In this document: positions 13,100 to 25,914 of the stretch, piece by piece | How positions within the stretch are numbered: the first letter of the stretch is position 1 | Layout of the letters: every line of letters starts with the position of its first letter | Assembly (NCBI GenBank): GCA_022605425.2 | Contig: CM061247.1 | Span: forward strand, 1,426,001-1,490,000 | Reading direction: 5' to 3' | Source of the DNA: Hamiltosporidium tvaerminnensis FI-OER-3-3 | Lineage: Eukaryota > Fungi > Microsporidia | DNA: 64,000 nucleotides | The notes under the pieces: generated by a model | What the model was told of the DNA's origin: nothing | The model's input: the letters and a program-made list of their open reading frames with translations, nothing else | Databases searched by the model: none | Translations under genes and position numbers: made by a program

Positions 13100-15727
13100 A
13101 AATGAAATTTAAAAATCGGAAGCTGCTACTTCTAAATATACACATAGTAATGCTAAGATTTTGATTTTAACCATTCATATTCTTTTAAAGATGTGATAAG
13201 TCCTCATGATCATAGTCTCAATATGATTTTTGCAAATGTTCTTCTGCTTTTTGTCGTATTTTGATAGAAAGCTATCCCTGGTAAATTGCAACATAATTCC
13301 AAGCTTTTCTTCATAAATACCAGTCATTTTGCTTTTGTTCATCTTTTGATTGCTATCGAAATTCATCTTTGTTTTATAACATCACTTTGCTTGAAATATA
13401 AAAGAAAGAACTGTAATACCGCGCTCTTTTTCATATAAGCTACATACTTGTCTCAATATTTAAATAAGGCAGTTGAATGAATATCAATTTTATGATATTT
13501 TATGCTTAAACATCTTTTGATCTTCCTCAAATGTCATTTTGATGTTTTGATTTGTTGTTTCCTGATATTATACTATTTTGAAATTGAAGACTATTCTGCA
13601 TAGATTGCATATTCTTATTATTTATCAGCGTTTTTGCGTATGCGAAGTTACAATGCGTATATAAGGGTTTAAGAATTGCATCATATTTGGTCCTATTCTA
13701 ACCAAAATCACATGTCTATTGCTAAGCATTCTATCATTTTCCGGAAGATGATTTAATTTTATACCAAGGTTTCATAATATTGTCTAATATCACCACTAAA
13801 CCTGTTTGTAATTTCGTAGATTTTTCACTCTTGCGCTAATAGAACAAGTGTTTTATACGGTATATTTTTCCTAATTGATTCGTTTACAAACTCTTTTCTA
13901 TTATCTGTTTCTAGGCGACAAAACCCATCGTTATGAAAATATGTTTTTCAGGCTCATTTGCAACATAAACTGCTGACATTGTTTGTAATGGTAATATAAT
14001 AAAAACTTTGAGTGCATATCAAGAATGGGTAAGATCGATCTGAATCCGTCATTATTTGTTTAGTATTTTCACATATAAAAAAATATTTTAACAACCCTTT
14101 CGCATGAATAATACAAGATATAGTCCGTATTTGTTGTTTCAATCACGAGACCGGCTATGTAATCTAAATTAGCATGTTATAAGCAATTTTCTTTTCATTC
14201 TCGCTCAAACCAGCAGTGTTTCTGATAATTTATTGATACATCGTTTTTGTGTCAATAGGATAAAGAAGGTTTTATTTCTAACGATTGTCTTGTGCGATCA
14301 TATTTTTATCCTCCAAATTGTTTTTACAATGTTGTCAACATCTTTCGTTTAAACCCTATTATTTTCGATGTATATATATCGGCTAATAATTTCAAAACCC
14401 ATCTTGTCTAATTGCAATTTTTATTGGAAGGTAGATGTCTCGAAATGTTTCAGTATTTTATACGTTTAATTTACTATCTTTCACAATAAATTTCATTTCG
14501 ATTAAATTTTCAACCCGTATAATACTTAAATAAATTTTTCTTCCAAAACATGCATACAAACAAAAACTGGAATCCCAGTTATATGAAAGTTTAGCTGAAT
14601 AAATATTTGATTTCTAAATCTTTTTTATTAAATTTTATTTAATTTGGTTATTAAATGAGGTAGAAATTTTTTAAGATCAAAATCCAAAGACAATTTTTTT
14701 TAACTAAGCTTAAAAAATATTATTTTTACACCTAAGTTCAAATTAAACTCTCACATATTTTTGTTTTAGTTTTTGTTTCTGAAACAATAAGTTTTTTCAG
14801 TCTCTGGTTATTTTCTAGGATTGCTTTGGGAGATGGAGAACTCTGTAATTTTACATACTAAGTTTTTTTCCACTTCTGATCTAAAATTAAGTTTAGATGT
14901 TGCTTCGCTATAGCATATCTATGCAGCCCGTATGATGTCGCTATATATCCATTGCCCAGGAACACGGGATTCTCCAGATCTACTGACAGTTCAATTAATA
15001 TGATCCGTGTTTTACTATTATTCAAGCTGTTTGATCTTTCTTCTACTTCACACCACCACTTTCTAATAAATTTCGCAAGATTTTTTGAAGCTATTCAAAA
15101 ATTCACTTCTCGGCTTAAGTACTCAAAGATATCGCATTGAAAGATGGTCCAGTAAAGGTATGGAGCGATTTCACGTCGTTCTCTATCCTCTTCTGAATTT
15201 ACCTTCTTTCTGCCTCATTTTTTGCTAGCCTTTTTAAAACATCGAGAGTTACGGCGATGCCTAATTTCTCATTATAGTACCTGCGAAACTCTGTACATCC
15301 AAATTATAGTATTCTTTTAAACTTTATCTATATTGCAAAAAAACAATTTGAAGTCATTACTTAGGGTCGGCTGTCACTGAATCGAGTATTTTCCGCAGTG
15401 CCATTAGCCCGTTATGTTCAGGAATAGCTAGATGCCAAAGTTCGTCATGACGTACAATGGCTCGCACGCAGAACTTCAACCACACAGGGAATTCGTGTAT
15501 TAGACGAGGGTAGGGTATCACGCTCGGTATTTTGCATGTTGGTGCATGTTTGATCTGGTGGTAGATGTGTTTTTTTGTGTAGGAGTAGGAAAGTGGAGAA
15601 TTCGTAGTTAGGTGTTGCTTACATTTTTGCGCCATGATTTCACTATTATTCCCCTTATAGGCGTCGTTTGTAGCCTTTATTTTATCATTTTTACATTTTC
15701 GCTGCCAACATTTTTCCCTATACCCAT
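13100..15727 (-). mobile_element. Decayed, internally deleted R4-like LINE (divergent copy); 3' boundary approximate
   Basis: 5' end atgggtatagggaaaaatgttggcagcgaaaatgtaaaaatgat matches 57930 onward. Remnant peptides: ILDSVTA (also in ORF 58196), DIIRAA*ICYSE ~ RIIQAAQVCYDE, FTRDSFLSKY ~ MTWDGIVTKY. Confidence 0.75.
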
Positions 15728-15768
15728 ACAAGAAATTATAAATATAAATATATTTTTAATAATTCAAA

Positions 15769-15771
15769 CCC
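15769..15771 (+). promoter_or_regulatory. Microsporidian-type CCC motif upstream of a start codon; also seen before Prp17, the cyclin, Tah18, the 38301 gene, IMP3, VPS13 and the kinases
   Basis: aaaCCCtttaATG here; CCCtttATG (20784, - strand); CCCttaATG (23622, - strand); CCCatATG (26125). Confidence 0.65.
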
Positions 15772-15775
15772 TTTA

Positions 15776-18061
15776 ATGGATGATATACCATCTCTAATTA
15801 GAGAATTAAGAGTAGATTGGGAAAAAACATTAGATGAAGATTTTAATCCTTTACCATGTGCATTAGCACTTTCAGATTCCGATTCTCAAAAAAGTGCTAC
15901 GTTTAAAGATATGTATCACAAGTTGGATGAAACGATGACAAATATAATCGAAAAGAATTATCAGGGTTTTAGCGATTTTGTTTTATTATATGGACATGCA
16001 TTTAAATTAAATCAGGAATGTTATAATACATTACAAATGATAATAAAAGATTGTCAAATTATTAAAAACACATATTCGGAGGATTTTTCTCATTTATCCA
16101 AAGAAAAACGAGAATTATTAGATCAGAAGAAAATTTTAGAGATTTATAAGGCATTGGATACTGTAAAAAATATATCGAATTTTCTCAATGAAAAAATCGA
16201 AAGAGAAAGATTTCAAGAAGCATCTACTGATTTTTTAAATATTTATGATCTTACAAATGAATATGATTTAAAAAGTTTAAAATGTTATAAAAATTTATCT
16301 GATGATATAATTTCACTTAAAACTTCACTATTAAATAATATTTTTAAAAAAATTAAAAAAACAATTTTTAGTGGTGAAGAAGTAATTGAAAATAAGGCAT
16401 TGTTGCAAAAAGAGGATTTAGAAGATGAATATATTGATACATTGGGATGTTTAATAAGGCTTGGAGAATTGAAGGAATTGGATATTTATTTTTATAAAAA
16501 TTTCTCAAATTTCTTTTTTGAAGATATGCAAAAAATAATTTATAGTTGCATGGAATCCGATGATAAAGTGACGTGTCTTGTAAAAAAATCGGTTTTGTAC
16601 ATTCTAAATATTTTAAAAACATTTGAAGTTCTAATTTCTCTTATTAAAAATATTGATAAAACCAATATTAATTTAATACAGAATCAAGAAAATTATTTTG
16701 AAGTAGAAATTGATGATGAATATCATTTTTTTGGAAAAAATGGAACTATAAAATTAGAAGATATATTAATCATAGAAACTAAAAAGTTTTTAGAATTTTA
16801 TAGTAAAATTAAAGATTATGATCAACCAGAATCTATTTTTTCATTAGATAATGTTCTTGACACAGTAGATTATTCATCAATATTTCTAAAAAAATATGCA
16901 GTTTCTAAAAGAATGGAGAATAATTCCAAACACGATTTTAAAATTTCTTATAACAAATATTTTTCCATTTTTAAGCCAACACCAGAAGTACTATTTCTAT
17001 TTTATGAAAATATAGGAGTAGAATTTCCTAAATTAAAAGAAAATATTAGAATTTATATTACAGAAAAATATATTAAAATTAAAGATAAGGAATTATCAAG
17101 TAAAATAAATGATATAATTTTATCCGAACACGCATTTTATTGTGATTTCAAAAATCAAAAATTAATATTTTTTGAGAAACTTGTAGAAATTGTAAAAAAA
17201 TGGTGCAACGAAATGAAAAGAATTGGATTTTTTGATAATTGGAATGTAATCAATCAAATATTTGTTTCAGTTTTGAAAAAATATAAAGAATGTTTCCTTA
17301 AAATATTTAAATGTAATTTAATAATAAAAAGTATTTTTAAATTTGACTCAAATGGTAATATTGATGAAAATATTATTTTAGAAAGAAATATTAGAAATGA
17401 AATAAATGAGAAAGAAGAAGGTATTGATAAATTAACAAGATTTTTAATGATTAAATCAATATATAAAGAAGATTTAATATTTAAAAAAAATGAATATTTA
17501 AAAATTTTAATTACAATTGATACATTTAATAAATTATATGATTTATACAAAGAAACTATAAAAGGATTTGAAAAAAATCAAGTTATTCCTGAATTAGAAG
17601 CTTTATCTCATGAATTTGAAGCTACAGTAAAAATATTTATACTTGCACTTAATTTTGAATTAATTGTAGAATCGATGTATTTTTATATAATTTTTTTTAG
17701 AGAATGTACGTATGATGATTCATGTAATGAAACTTTACAAAAAATATTTGATATTTTTAAAGAAATTAAAAATGCGTTTAAAATTGTTCAAATAAATTTG
17801 GATATTTTGTGGTGTTTAAATCCTATTTTAGAAATATTTTCTAAATATTCTATTAGATACGTTAGATATCTCAATGTAAACAATTTGGAAGATTTAAATG
17901 TTTATATTGAAAAGATTGAACTGATAGAGGAAATATTTTATGGACTTGGAAGTACTACAGGAATGACAGAATGGTTAAATATTTTAAAGTCTACACAAAA
18001 TAACAAATCTACAAATGAAGAAGAAAAAATACTCATTGATAAAATCAGTAGACATTGTTAA
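15776..18061 (+). CDS. SEC8: Exocyst subunit Sec8/EXOC4-like
   Basis: 761 aa helical protein. The N-terminus W..LDEDFNPL..ALAL...F..LDE.M..II.KNYQGF resembles the Sec8 N-terminal domain. Confidence 0.7.
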   Translation: MDDIPSLIRELRVDWEKTLDEDFNPLPCALALSDSDSQKSATFKDMYHKLDETMTNIIEKNYQGFSDFVLLYGHAFKLNQECYNTLQMIIKDCQIIKNTYSEDFSHLSKEKRELLDQKKILEIYKALDTVKNISNFLNEKIERERFQEASTDFLNIYDLTNEYDLKSLKCYKNLSDDIISLKTSLLNNIFKKIKKTIFSGEEVIENKALLQKEDLEDEYIDTLGCLIRLGELKELDIYFYKNFSNFFFEDMQKIIYSCMESDDKVTCLVKKSVLYILNILKTFEVLISLIKNIDKTNINLIQNQENYFEVEIDDEYHFFGKNGTIKLEDILIIETKKFLEFYSKIKDYDQPESIFSLDNVLDTVDYSSIFLKKYAVSKRMENNSKHDFKISYNKYFSIFKPTPEVLFLFYENIGVEFPKLKENIRIYITEKYIKIKDKELSSKINDIILSEHAFYCDFKNQKLIFFEKLVEIVKKWCNEMKRIGFFDNWNVINQIFVSVLKKYKECFLKIFKCNLIIKSIFKFDSNGNIDENIILERNIRNEINEKEEGIDKLTRFLMIKSIYKEDLIFKKNEYLKILITIDTFNKLYDLYKETIKGFEKNQVIPELEALSHEFEATVKIFILALNFELIVESMYFYIIFFRECTYDDSCNETLQKIFDIFKEIKNAFKIVQINLDILWCLNPILEIFSKYSIRYVRYLNVNNLEDLNVYIEKIELIEEIFYGLGSTTGMTEWLNILKSTQNNKSTNEEEKILIDKISRHC

Positions 18062-19066
18062 AATACCATAAATATTTGTTTGATAATCGTTAATATTTTT
18101 ATTGAATTCATATTATAAAATTTGTTAATTCATAATTTTTCCTTTAATAGTATTATTCTTCATGGAATAATTTTCCTTTACTACTTTGTCTTCAAATATT
18201 TGTTTAAGATGTAATATTAAAATATTCATATTCCTGTGTAATAATTTTACTAAATGCTTAACAAATATTCCTAATATATTTAATGTATAAATAATGTTAA
18301 TAATTTATTACTTCTAAAATATTTGTACGAATAGTATGAAAATGTATGTGAAATACTCAACCACTGCCTTACTCAAAATTTCGAGTTTAAATTTATATTT
18401 TATAAATAATCTATTAAATTTTATTTTATTAAGAAACAGGTTTTTGTGAATATAAATTATAAATTTGCATTTTGTGGTTCTAAATTTTTAAATCTAAATA
18501 TAAATTTAGAGTTTAATTTCTATAAATTTATAAACTAATATAAACTAATATAATCTTTTATTCTGTTCTTTAAAGAATAAAATTTTATTTAATTTATTTA
18601 ATATTTAATTTATTTAATTAGAAAAGCTTAATCTCTTTATTTATAATTCTTATGTCTATTGTTTAAGTTATATATATATTTAAATACATTTTTACTGATT
18701 AAAAAGCTTCAGACTTGATAGATTTAATGTCTATATAAGTTCCAGACGGTTCGTATTAGTGATATCACATTATCAAATATCATAAAATTATCATAGAAAT
18801 GGTTGTATTTTGAAAAAAAAAGAGATTTTTTACATTTTAAACCGTGAAAAATTTGGAATATAATTTATTTTAATTTTGAGGCTGTTTGTATATAAAAACA
18901 TGCTTTTAAATATTTGTATTATAACATAATTGTATAAATTTAAAGGAATATTATAAAGACATTCAAGTTCTAAAAAAAATTGTAAAACGTAAAAATATTA
19001 AATTTATTTTACAAAAGTATTTCGTGAAAATTATTTTTTTTCCACAAAAATTAAATGATCTATAAA

Positions 19067-20784
19067 TTAATTCCATAAATGAAGAAAATTATCATCACCA
19101 CCAGTTGCAAATTTAGAAACATCTTCTTCATTCCATGCCATACATCGTATTGCATCTGTATGCATTTGTATATTTCTAACACATTTACCGGTATCCCAAT
19201 CATAAAAATAGGCTTTTCCATTTTTATCCCCAGAAAAAATTCTTTGTCCATTTGGTGAAACACCCAACTCACAATAAATACCATTATCAGGAAATATTTT
19301 GATGGTTTTTTCCAGAATTTCAAATGTATTTAAATCTAAAAATTTTAATGATTCTGATCCTTCTCTAAAAAAAATATTTTTTTTAATTAAATTAATACTT
19401 AAAGAAGAATATCCAATTAAATTTTTATATTCTTTAAAAATTTTAAAATTATTTTCTAAAACTTTTAAAGATTTGTTTTCAAATGAACAAACAAGTGTGT
19501 TATCATTGTTTAAACATATAATTTCTTTAACAAATCCATCATTAAATTTCATTTCGTTTTCAACATTTTTTGTTCTTTTATCATACAATTTGATTGAACC
19601 ATCATAACATCCCACATAAAAATAATCATTAGAAAATCCCGCTAAACCAGTTACATAATCTTTTGTTTCTATTCTTCGTTTACATCTTCCTGTTTCAATA
19701 TCCCATTCCTTGACAAATCCATCATATGAACCAGATATCATTGTTTTACCATCTGTACTTGATAAAATACCGCTTATTCCTTTAGAATGCCCTAAAAATG
19801 TTCGAATTGTTTTTTTCTCTTCAAAAGATTCAATTAAACAAATTTTTCCATCCAAACCACCACTCAGAAGTAAATTTGAATATCTTTTTAAAAAAAGAAC
19901 TTTTCTTACACTTCTTATATGATCAGTTATTGTTAAATCACAAACTTTCGGAATTCTTTCAATCAAATGTTCTAAATATTTGTTGTAGCCAATTGGTCTT
20001 CGTAAATAATTTGCTGATATTTTATTATTATTAATAATATTTCCATAATATTTACTTTTTTCACTTCCAATCACAAAAAACGGATTTTTCATACGTAAAC
20101 ACCAATCAATTTCGTCTTTAATCATTTTTATACGATCAAGTTCTAAATTTTGTATTTCAGTATCAATAAATCGTGCCCATGGTCCTTTAAAATCCATAGA
20201 AGATGGATCACCAAAATCTTCTCTTAAAAGTTTTTTAAATTTATTTTTTTCTGTACAATTCAACATACCAACTTCATTTTTTAAACTATTTCCATCTTGA
20301 CCTCCAATAGTAACCAAATTCACATTTTTATTTGAATTATTTTTTATATTTTCCCCATTTTTTATTATTAAATTTCTATTTTTAGTATCTAAATTATATT
20401 CTTTACCTTTAATAATTGCTTGATTATTCAATAAATTACCTTCAGAATTCAAATCTATTTTTTTATCAGTATTTTTACAACTCGTATTTTCCATATTTTT
20501 AATAAATTTTCTATTTTCATCAAAATATTCATTTTTTTCTTCTTTTAAATTATTAATTTTGGTTTTGAAATTATTCTTTACTTCCGTTAAATTACTAAGA
20601 CTCTTTTCAATATTTTTTTCTTTATTAGAAATCATCGATTCGGTTGTATTTTCTTCTCCCTTTAAATTACTAAGACTCTTTTCAATATTTTTTCTTTATT
20701 AGAAATCATCGATTCGGTTGTATTTTCTTCTTCTATATTTTCTATCTTTAGACATAAATTATTTTCATTTTTTTTGTCCTTCAT
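19067..20784 (-). CDS. PRP17: WD40 pre-mRNA splicing factor Prp17/CDC40-like; probable true start at 20784 with a homopolymer indel near 20690
   Basis: GDP..DFKGPWA motif, LLLSGGLDGKI, RTFLGHSKGI, SGSYDGFVKEWDIETG, SGD..G..YFYDW, ATGGDD..LW. Adding one A in the duplicated segment joins the CCC-preceded ATG at 20784 to ORF 20635. Confidence 0.8.
20587..20730. repeat. ~75 bp tandem duplication in the Prp17 N-terminal coding region
   Basis: taaattactaagactcttttcaata...cggttgtattttcttc occurs twice; the copies differ by T7 vs T6. Confidence 0.9.
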
Positions 20785-20876
20785 AAAGGGTCTTTCTGTA
20801 TTAAACATATATTACTTGTTATTTCTACGTAAACGATAAAAAAATTTAAGTAAAAAGATAGAAAATATTTTATTTA

Positions 20877-21134
20877 ATAAAATTCTAAGTTAAAATATTT
20901 TTACTATTTTTATATGTTTTCTTTCTACCTCTTTAACCAATACTGTCTCTAGAAATAAAAGTATAAAAATAAAATTCTAAGTTAAAATATTTTTACTATT
21001 TTTATATGTTTTCTTTCTACCTCTTTAACCAATACTGTCTCTAGAAATAAAAGTATAAAAATAAAATTCTAAGTTAAAATATTTTTACTATTTTTATATG
21101 TTTTCTTTCTACCTCTTTAACCACTACTGTCTCT
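20877..21134. repeat. 92-bp minisatellite, ~2.8 copies
   Basis: aaaattctaagtt recurs at 20879, 20971 and 21063. Confidence 0.95.
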
Positions 21135-21580
21135 TTTTCCAAATCCGACTTAAAAGTTAATTACAAATATTAAAATCTATTTATGGAAACCTATTTATTT
21201 TATCAGAAATTTATTAATACAAATTTAATAAAATTATTACTCTCTATTGCAAATATATGTAGGTTCTTTTTAAACTAAATAATTATAAATTCCTGTGAAA
21301 TGATATTTAAGATTTGTGAATTAATTTTTAATTGAATTTAATTTCAAATTAATTCGTAAGTAAAAATATAGTGATTTTATTAACCAATTTTAATGTTTAA
21401 AACATGGTTTAAAAGATGTTTCAAACATCATAATAATCCTTTTTCTAAAAAAATTACACAAAAAATAGAAAAGTTTGAGAAAATAAACAAAAAAATGAAA
21501 CATGTTTTACTTTTTAAGTTTTTATTGGTCTATTTTGAAACAGAGAATCTATAAATTAGAAATTATTTGTTTACACCAAA

Positions 21581-22756
21581 ATGTTAACAGAGACCAAGCA
21601 AAATACATTGGAAAAATCAGGAACAAATTCAGATGATACTGCTATTTTAGACTTCGTCGATGATGGTGTATTTTCAACAATATTTTTAGTATTTGTACTT
21701 TGGAGAATTGTGAAGAGTAGGAAATTTAAATTTTCAAGGTTTTTTAAGGGAAATTTGAGATCTTTTGGAATTATATTCTTATTTTTTAGTGCAATTTCCA
21801 AGATTATTTACACATATATATTCATTTATTTGGCTAAAAAGATGATTGTCAATAAAGAATTGATTGATAAGATGGGATTCATGAAAGGTCATAGCTTCCT
21901 ATATTTATACAACAGAAGATTTGATTTGGTGGATATGTTTAATATAGGATATACGCTTTCCCATGTTCTAAGAATATCTGCTTTGTTTCTTTTAATAGGG
22001 CTTTGGTTACCATGTGCGTATACTTTTGCGGTAAAAAAACGAAAAAATGAAATTAAAAATTTGAACGAACAAAAAGACATAAATTTAATGATATTTTCAG
22101 GAAATATAGTCTCCATTTCCCCAAAAAATATAGCAGATGCAGTGTCACATGCCTCAATAGTTACATTTTCTACTTTATACGCCTTTTTACGCGTTCCTCT
22201 ATCTTTTATAGTCGACTACAATCAAAAATCCTCGTTTTTTACTGCCACCGTGTTCTACAGATCCGTATTCTATGGATTTGAAATATATGCTGCCGTATTG
22301 TTTCTATTAATACTTGAAATAAAATTCCTTAGCATTTTCAGAAGAGAAAATTCACAAAGCCGGGCTGATAAAAATGTCGTTGAAAATATTCATTTACTCT
22401 TAATAGTATTATTATTACATTCTACATTAAAATACACAATTAATATAATTGCTATGCCTATTGAAATGGGAGAGATAACTTTGCATGTAATAAAGAAAAT
22501 AGGTAATGTTGTTGAGTTAATACTGGATGTTCTTCTTATTACAATGTTTTGTCCATTGCCAACTCAAATCTTTGAAAGTACAAACGAAACCTCAGTATAT
22601 GAAAAACCATTATGGAGACCATCTGAGCGATTAGAATATGACAAATACAGTGTTGGACCTATAGTATGTGAAGCAGATAGTCCAAAAATCGATCCGTGTG
22701 AAAGAACAATCGTAGAATTAAGAGATTTTAGAGAAGAAATTGCGCAAGAAAAATAA
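21581..22756 (+). CDS. Hypothetical multi-pass membrane protein, about 7 TM helices
   Basis: 391 aa with seven hydrophobic segments and a polar C-terminal tail. Confidence 0.8.
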   Translation: MLTETKQNTLEKSGTNSDDTAILDFVDDGVFSTIFLVFVLWRIVKSRKFKFSRFFKGNLRSFGIIFLFFSAISKIIYTYIFIYLAKKMIVNKELIDKMGFMKGHSFLYLYNRRFDLVDMFNIGYTLSHVLRISALFLLIGLWLPCAYTFAVKKRKNEIKNLNEQKDINLMIFSGNIVSISPKNIADAVSHASIVTFSTLYAFLRVPLSFIVDYNQKSSFFTATVFYRSVFYGFEIYAAVLFLLILEIKFLSIFRRENSQSRADKNVVENIHLLLIVLLLHSTLKYTINIIAMPIEMGEITLHVIKKIGNVVELILDVLLITMFCPLPTQIFESTNETSVYEKPLWRPSERLEYDKYSVGPIVCEADSPKIDPCERTIVELRDFREEIAQEK

Positions 22757-23019
22757 AAAAGTAATCATTGATATATTTTTAATTTTATCTTAAATTTTTT
22801 TAAAAAAAATATTTATTAAAATATACTTTCATTCTTGATTAGACTTTTTAATTTTTGTTTTAATTAAGTTAAATTATCATTTTTGTTTTTTAAAATATAT
22901 TTTCATTCTTGATTAGTCTTCCTTTAAGTTTCCTAAGTATGTTAACTTATCTAAAATTATTTATTAAAATTTTATTTTCTTTTCACGTCTAGGTTTTCTA
23001 TATTTTACTTCTTTTTAAA

Positions 23020-23622
23020 TCAAATTTTTAAAAAAATTTCCTTTTTTATATTTTCTATATATTCTCTGTTTACAAAAACAAAAGAATTTTTTTCAAATTT
23101 AAAAATTTCTTCATTACTTAATAAAGAAAACGCAACATCTACAGGAGAATATAACCCATCATTAAAATATGATATCTTATTAACCCTAGAATCCCCATGT
23201 AAATCATTAAGTTGTTCAATTTTTCTTAATAAAACATCTTCTGGCATTCGAATCTGTTTAGCAATTTTTAAAAAATAAAAATGTGAATGTTTTATATCAA
23301 AATTAAACTTTAAAAGATTAACAATTTTACACTCACATTTTACTAAAATAGAATTACAATCTTTGGGTTTTATATTTTTTATAGAAAATATTGCATTTAA
23401 AAATGCTTCTAATTTTATATGAGTTTCTTCTATTTTACTTGCAATATAAACACAAACAAAAGATACATCATTGTAACTCTCACATGTATATAACATAGGA
23501 TAAACCTTTTGAAAAATTATTTGAGCAGTTAAAATTGTTTTAAGGGGTGTTTCTAACATATGACATATTTTCAAAATATTTTTATTTCCTTCGATTAAAT
23601 CATTTCTTAAAGTTTCTGGCAT
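23020..23622 (-). CDS. Cyclin, transcriptional type (cyclin K/L/T, Ctk2/Bur2-like)
   Basis: Cyclin box: TAQIIFQK, CVYIASKIEE, ECKIVNLLKFNF..H.H.Y. Confidence 0.8.
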   Translation of the reverse strand: MPETLRNDLIEGNKNILKICHMLETPLKTILTAQIIFQKVYPMLYTCESYNDVSFVCVYIASKIEETHIKLEAFLNAIFSIKNIKPKDCNSILVKCECKIVNLLKFNFDIKHSHFYFLKIAKQIRMPEDVLLRKIEQLNDLHGDSRVNKISYFNDGLYSPVDVAFSLLSNEEIFKFEKNSFVFVNREYIENIKKEIFLKI

Positions 23623-23691
23623 TAAGGGTTACTCCTTATAATTTTTTAAAATAAAATATAATTTATTTTTAAAATCAGGGTAGTAAGATTG

Positions 23692-23966
23692 TAAGTAAAT
23701 ACAATCTCTTGATCTGATAAGTAAGTTTACAGTACATAAGAATATGGCTTCTAATAGGCTGTACTGACATTATATAATAAGTAAATACAATCTCTTGATC
23801 TAATACGTAAGTTTATAGTAAATAAGAATATGGCTTCTAATAGGCTGTAAGGCCATTGAATAAGTAAGTAAATACAATCTCTTGATCTGATACGTAAGTT
23901 TACAGTACATAAGAATATGGCTTCTAATAGGCTGTAAGGCCATTGAATAAGTAGTAAATACAATCT
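23692..23966. repeat. 86-87 bp minisatellite, ~3.2 copies
   Basis: gtaaatacaatct recurs at 23695, 23781, 23868 and 23954. Confidence 0.95.
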
Positions 23967-24299
23967 TCTATTAAAAAATATTGAACAATAATTCTGCGGA
24001 GTTATAGTTTTTTACCTTTTTTTTTGTGTGTTGAACTAATGAATCAAAGATCAAAATATAATCTCAAAGAGGTAAATATTTAAAAATATGTCAAAAAAAC
24101 ATATTTTTTAGTGTTTATTGATGATTCTATATTTCTTACTAATATAGTTTTTTAATGATTAAACAGATATTTTGTAATTCTTTACATACTTAAAAAAAAG
24201 AAAAATCATGATTGTAGATTTAAAGCTTCTAAATAATATTTAATCTATGATTCTATGAAAAATATTATTTACAAGTTAAATATTTTAATATATTCAAAC

Positions 24300-25014
24300 T
24301 TTATTTAAAAGTATCACATCTTTTTAAAACAGTGGCAAGTGTTATATTTGTTTTCATGACATTAATGCAGTTCTAGGCTTAACATAAATAACTGATATCC
24401 AAACACACTATTGGTAATTCCTACAATACCTACCTACATTCAAAATCCTTTCATCTAAAAGGTGTGTAGAACCTAATTAATAGACAGGCAACCTCCCGGG
24501 GTTCGGTAATGTCCGTTGCATGGAGTATGATCGAAACCCATCCTGGTCTCCTACAATACTATGCAGCATTCCTACTTACTCCTCATTTTTTGAACCCAAT
24601 AACTTATATCTAAGATATATTTCAGAGACTTACTTGAGGCCCACCTAAAAGTGCAATGCCATACCAACAGGTATAACCTGCTACTTAGCTTTCCTGGATT
24701 TAAATGATTTTTTTCACTTCTAGACACCCAGTTTTCTAACCCGAATGATCAAGGCTAGGTTTCCATGTTTTTACATGGCAATTACTACAAGTTCATAGTG
24801 TTTACAGTCTATTTACATAAAAAACTACAAAATAAATTTGCAGGAAAGGTTTTGCCATTTTGTAGATCTTCTCCTCCTCATACAAACTTCCATGTAAACA
24901 CCAAAGAAGTAGTGTGGTTTTATTCCCTCCGAAAATCCCACAATGATCCTCAGATCAGTTCTAAACACTCATTGCCAAGCAGAAGGTTTTCTAGCCTGTT
25001 ATCCTCCCGCCACC
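24300..25014 (-). mobile_element. ~730 bp SINE-like element, copy C (subfamily 1, diverged)
   Basis: Colinear with copy D; degenerate TSD AATATATTCAAA / AATAAATTTAAA. Confidence 0.85.
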
Positions 25015-25684
25015 AATAAATTTAAAAAAATATAAAAAGATATTTCATGTAACTTCTAAAGGTAGAAAAATATTTCAACTGTATTATATAATATAAATGG
25101 CCGAATCAAATCAAAATAAAAACCAAATTATAAAATATCAGATTGAAATTAAAACAATCATAGTCCTTATAATAACACATGTATAAAATTTTCATTTAGA
25201 TAAGAAATTAATTTAAAATTATTTATATAAGAAAAAAAAATTTTATTACTCGATTTAGAGTGTAGTAACCGGAAAAAAAACATTTAAATTTTGGCTAACC
25301 TGTAAAATAGTAAATAGTATTCATAGATGTAATCTTGAGATAATTCCTTGTGTAAAACATAAGCCAATATTTATACCAAGCATTACAAGATGTATTCAAG
25401 AAAACTACAAGATTTAAATTGAAAAGAATTTACGTCTAATCTAAAGTATTTAAAAGTATAGTTTAGGTTATTTTTTTATTTATGAAAAGTATTGAGCAAT
25501 GGACCAAATACTTATAAGAACCAGAAAAAAACATTAAAGCATATCATATAAAGCACAAACATTCTTTAAATACCCAACACATCTTAATTTAGATATAAAT
25601 ATATTCAAAAAAACGTAAGAAAATATTATAAAATTTTAAATGAAACTCTAATAATATATTTAAAAATAACCGATCAATGAAAAT

Positions 25685-25914
25685 TTAGAAGAAAAAATTA
25701 GAAAGTAAAATAAAGTACAAATATGTATGTAAATCAAAGGAGCGATCTGTACTTAGAAGAATAATCAGAAAGTAAAATAAAGTACAAATATGTATTTAAA
25801 TCAAAGGAGCGATCTATACTTATAAGAATAATTAGAAAGTAAAATAAATTTCAAATATGTATTTAAAACAAAGGAGGGATTTATATTTAGAAGAATAATC
25901 AGAAAGTAAAATAA
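25685..25914. repeat. 67-bp minisatellite, ~3.4 copies
   Basis: agaaagtaaaataaa recurs at 25700, 25767, 25834 and 25901. Confidence 0.95.

Noticed and set aside
24500-24920. Group I intron-like words (ttcagagactta, aagatgtagtg, atgcagc) on the antisense strand of the SINE
   Set aside because: P7 pairing does not form, the words vary between copies, and TSDs plus intergenic location argue against an intron. A covariance-model search would settle it.
20877-25914. Tandem arrays as CRISPR
   Set aside because: No unique spacers, no cas genes, eukaryotic context.
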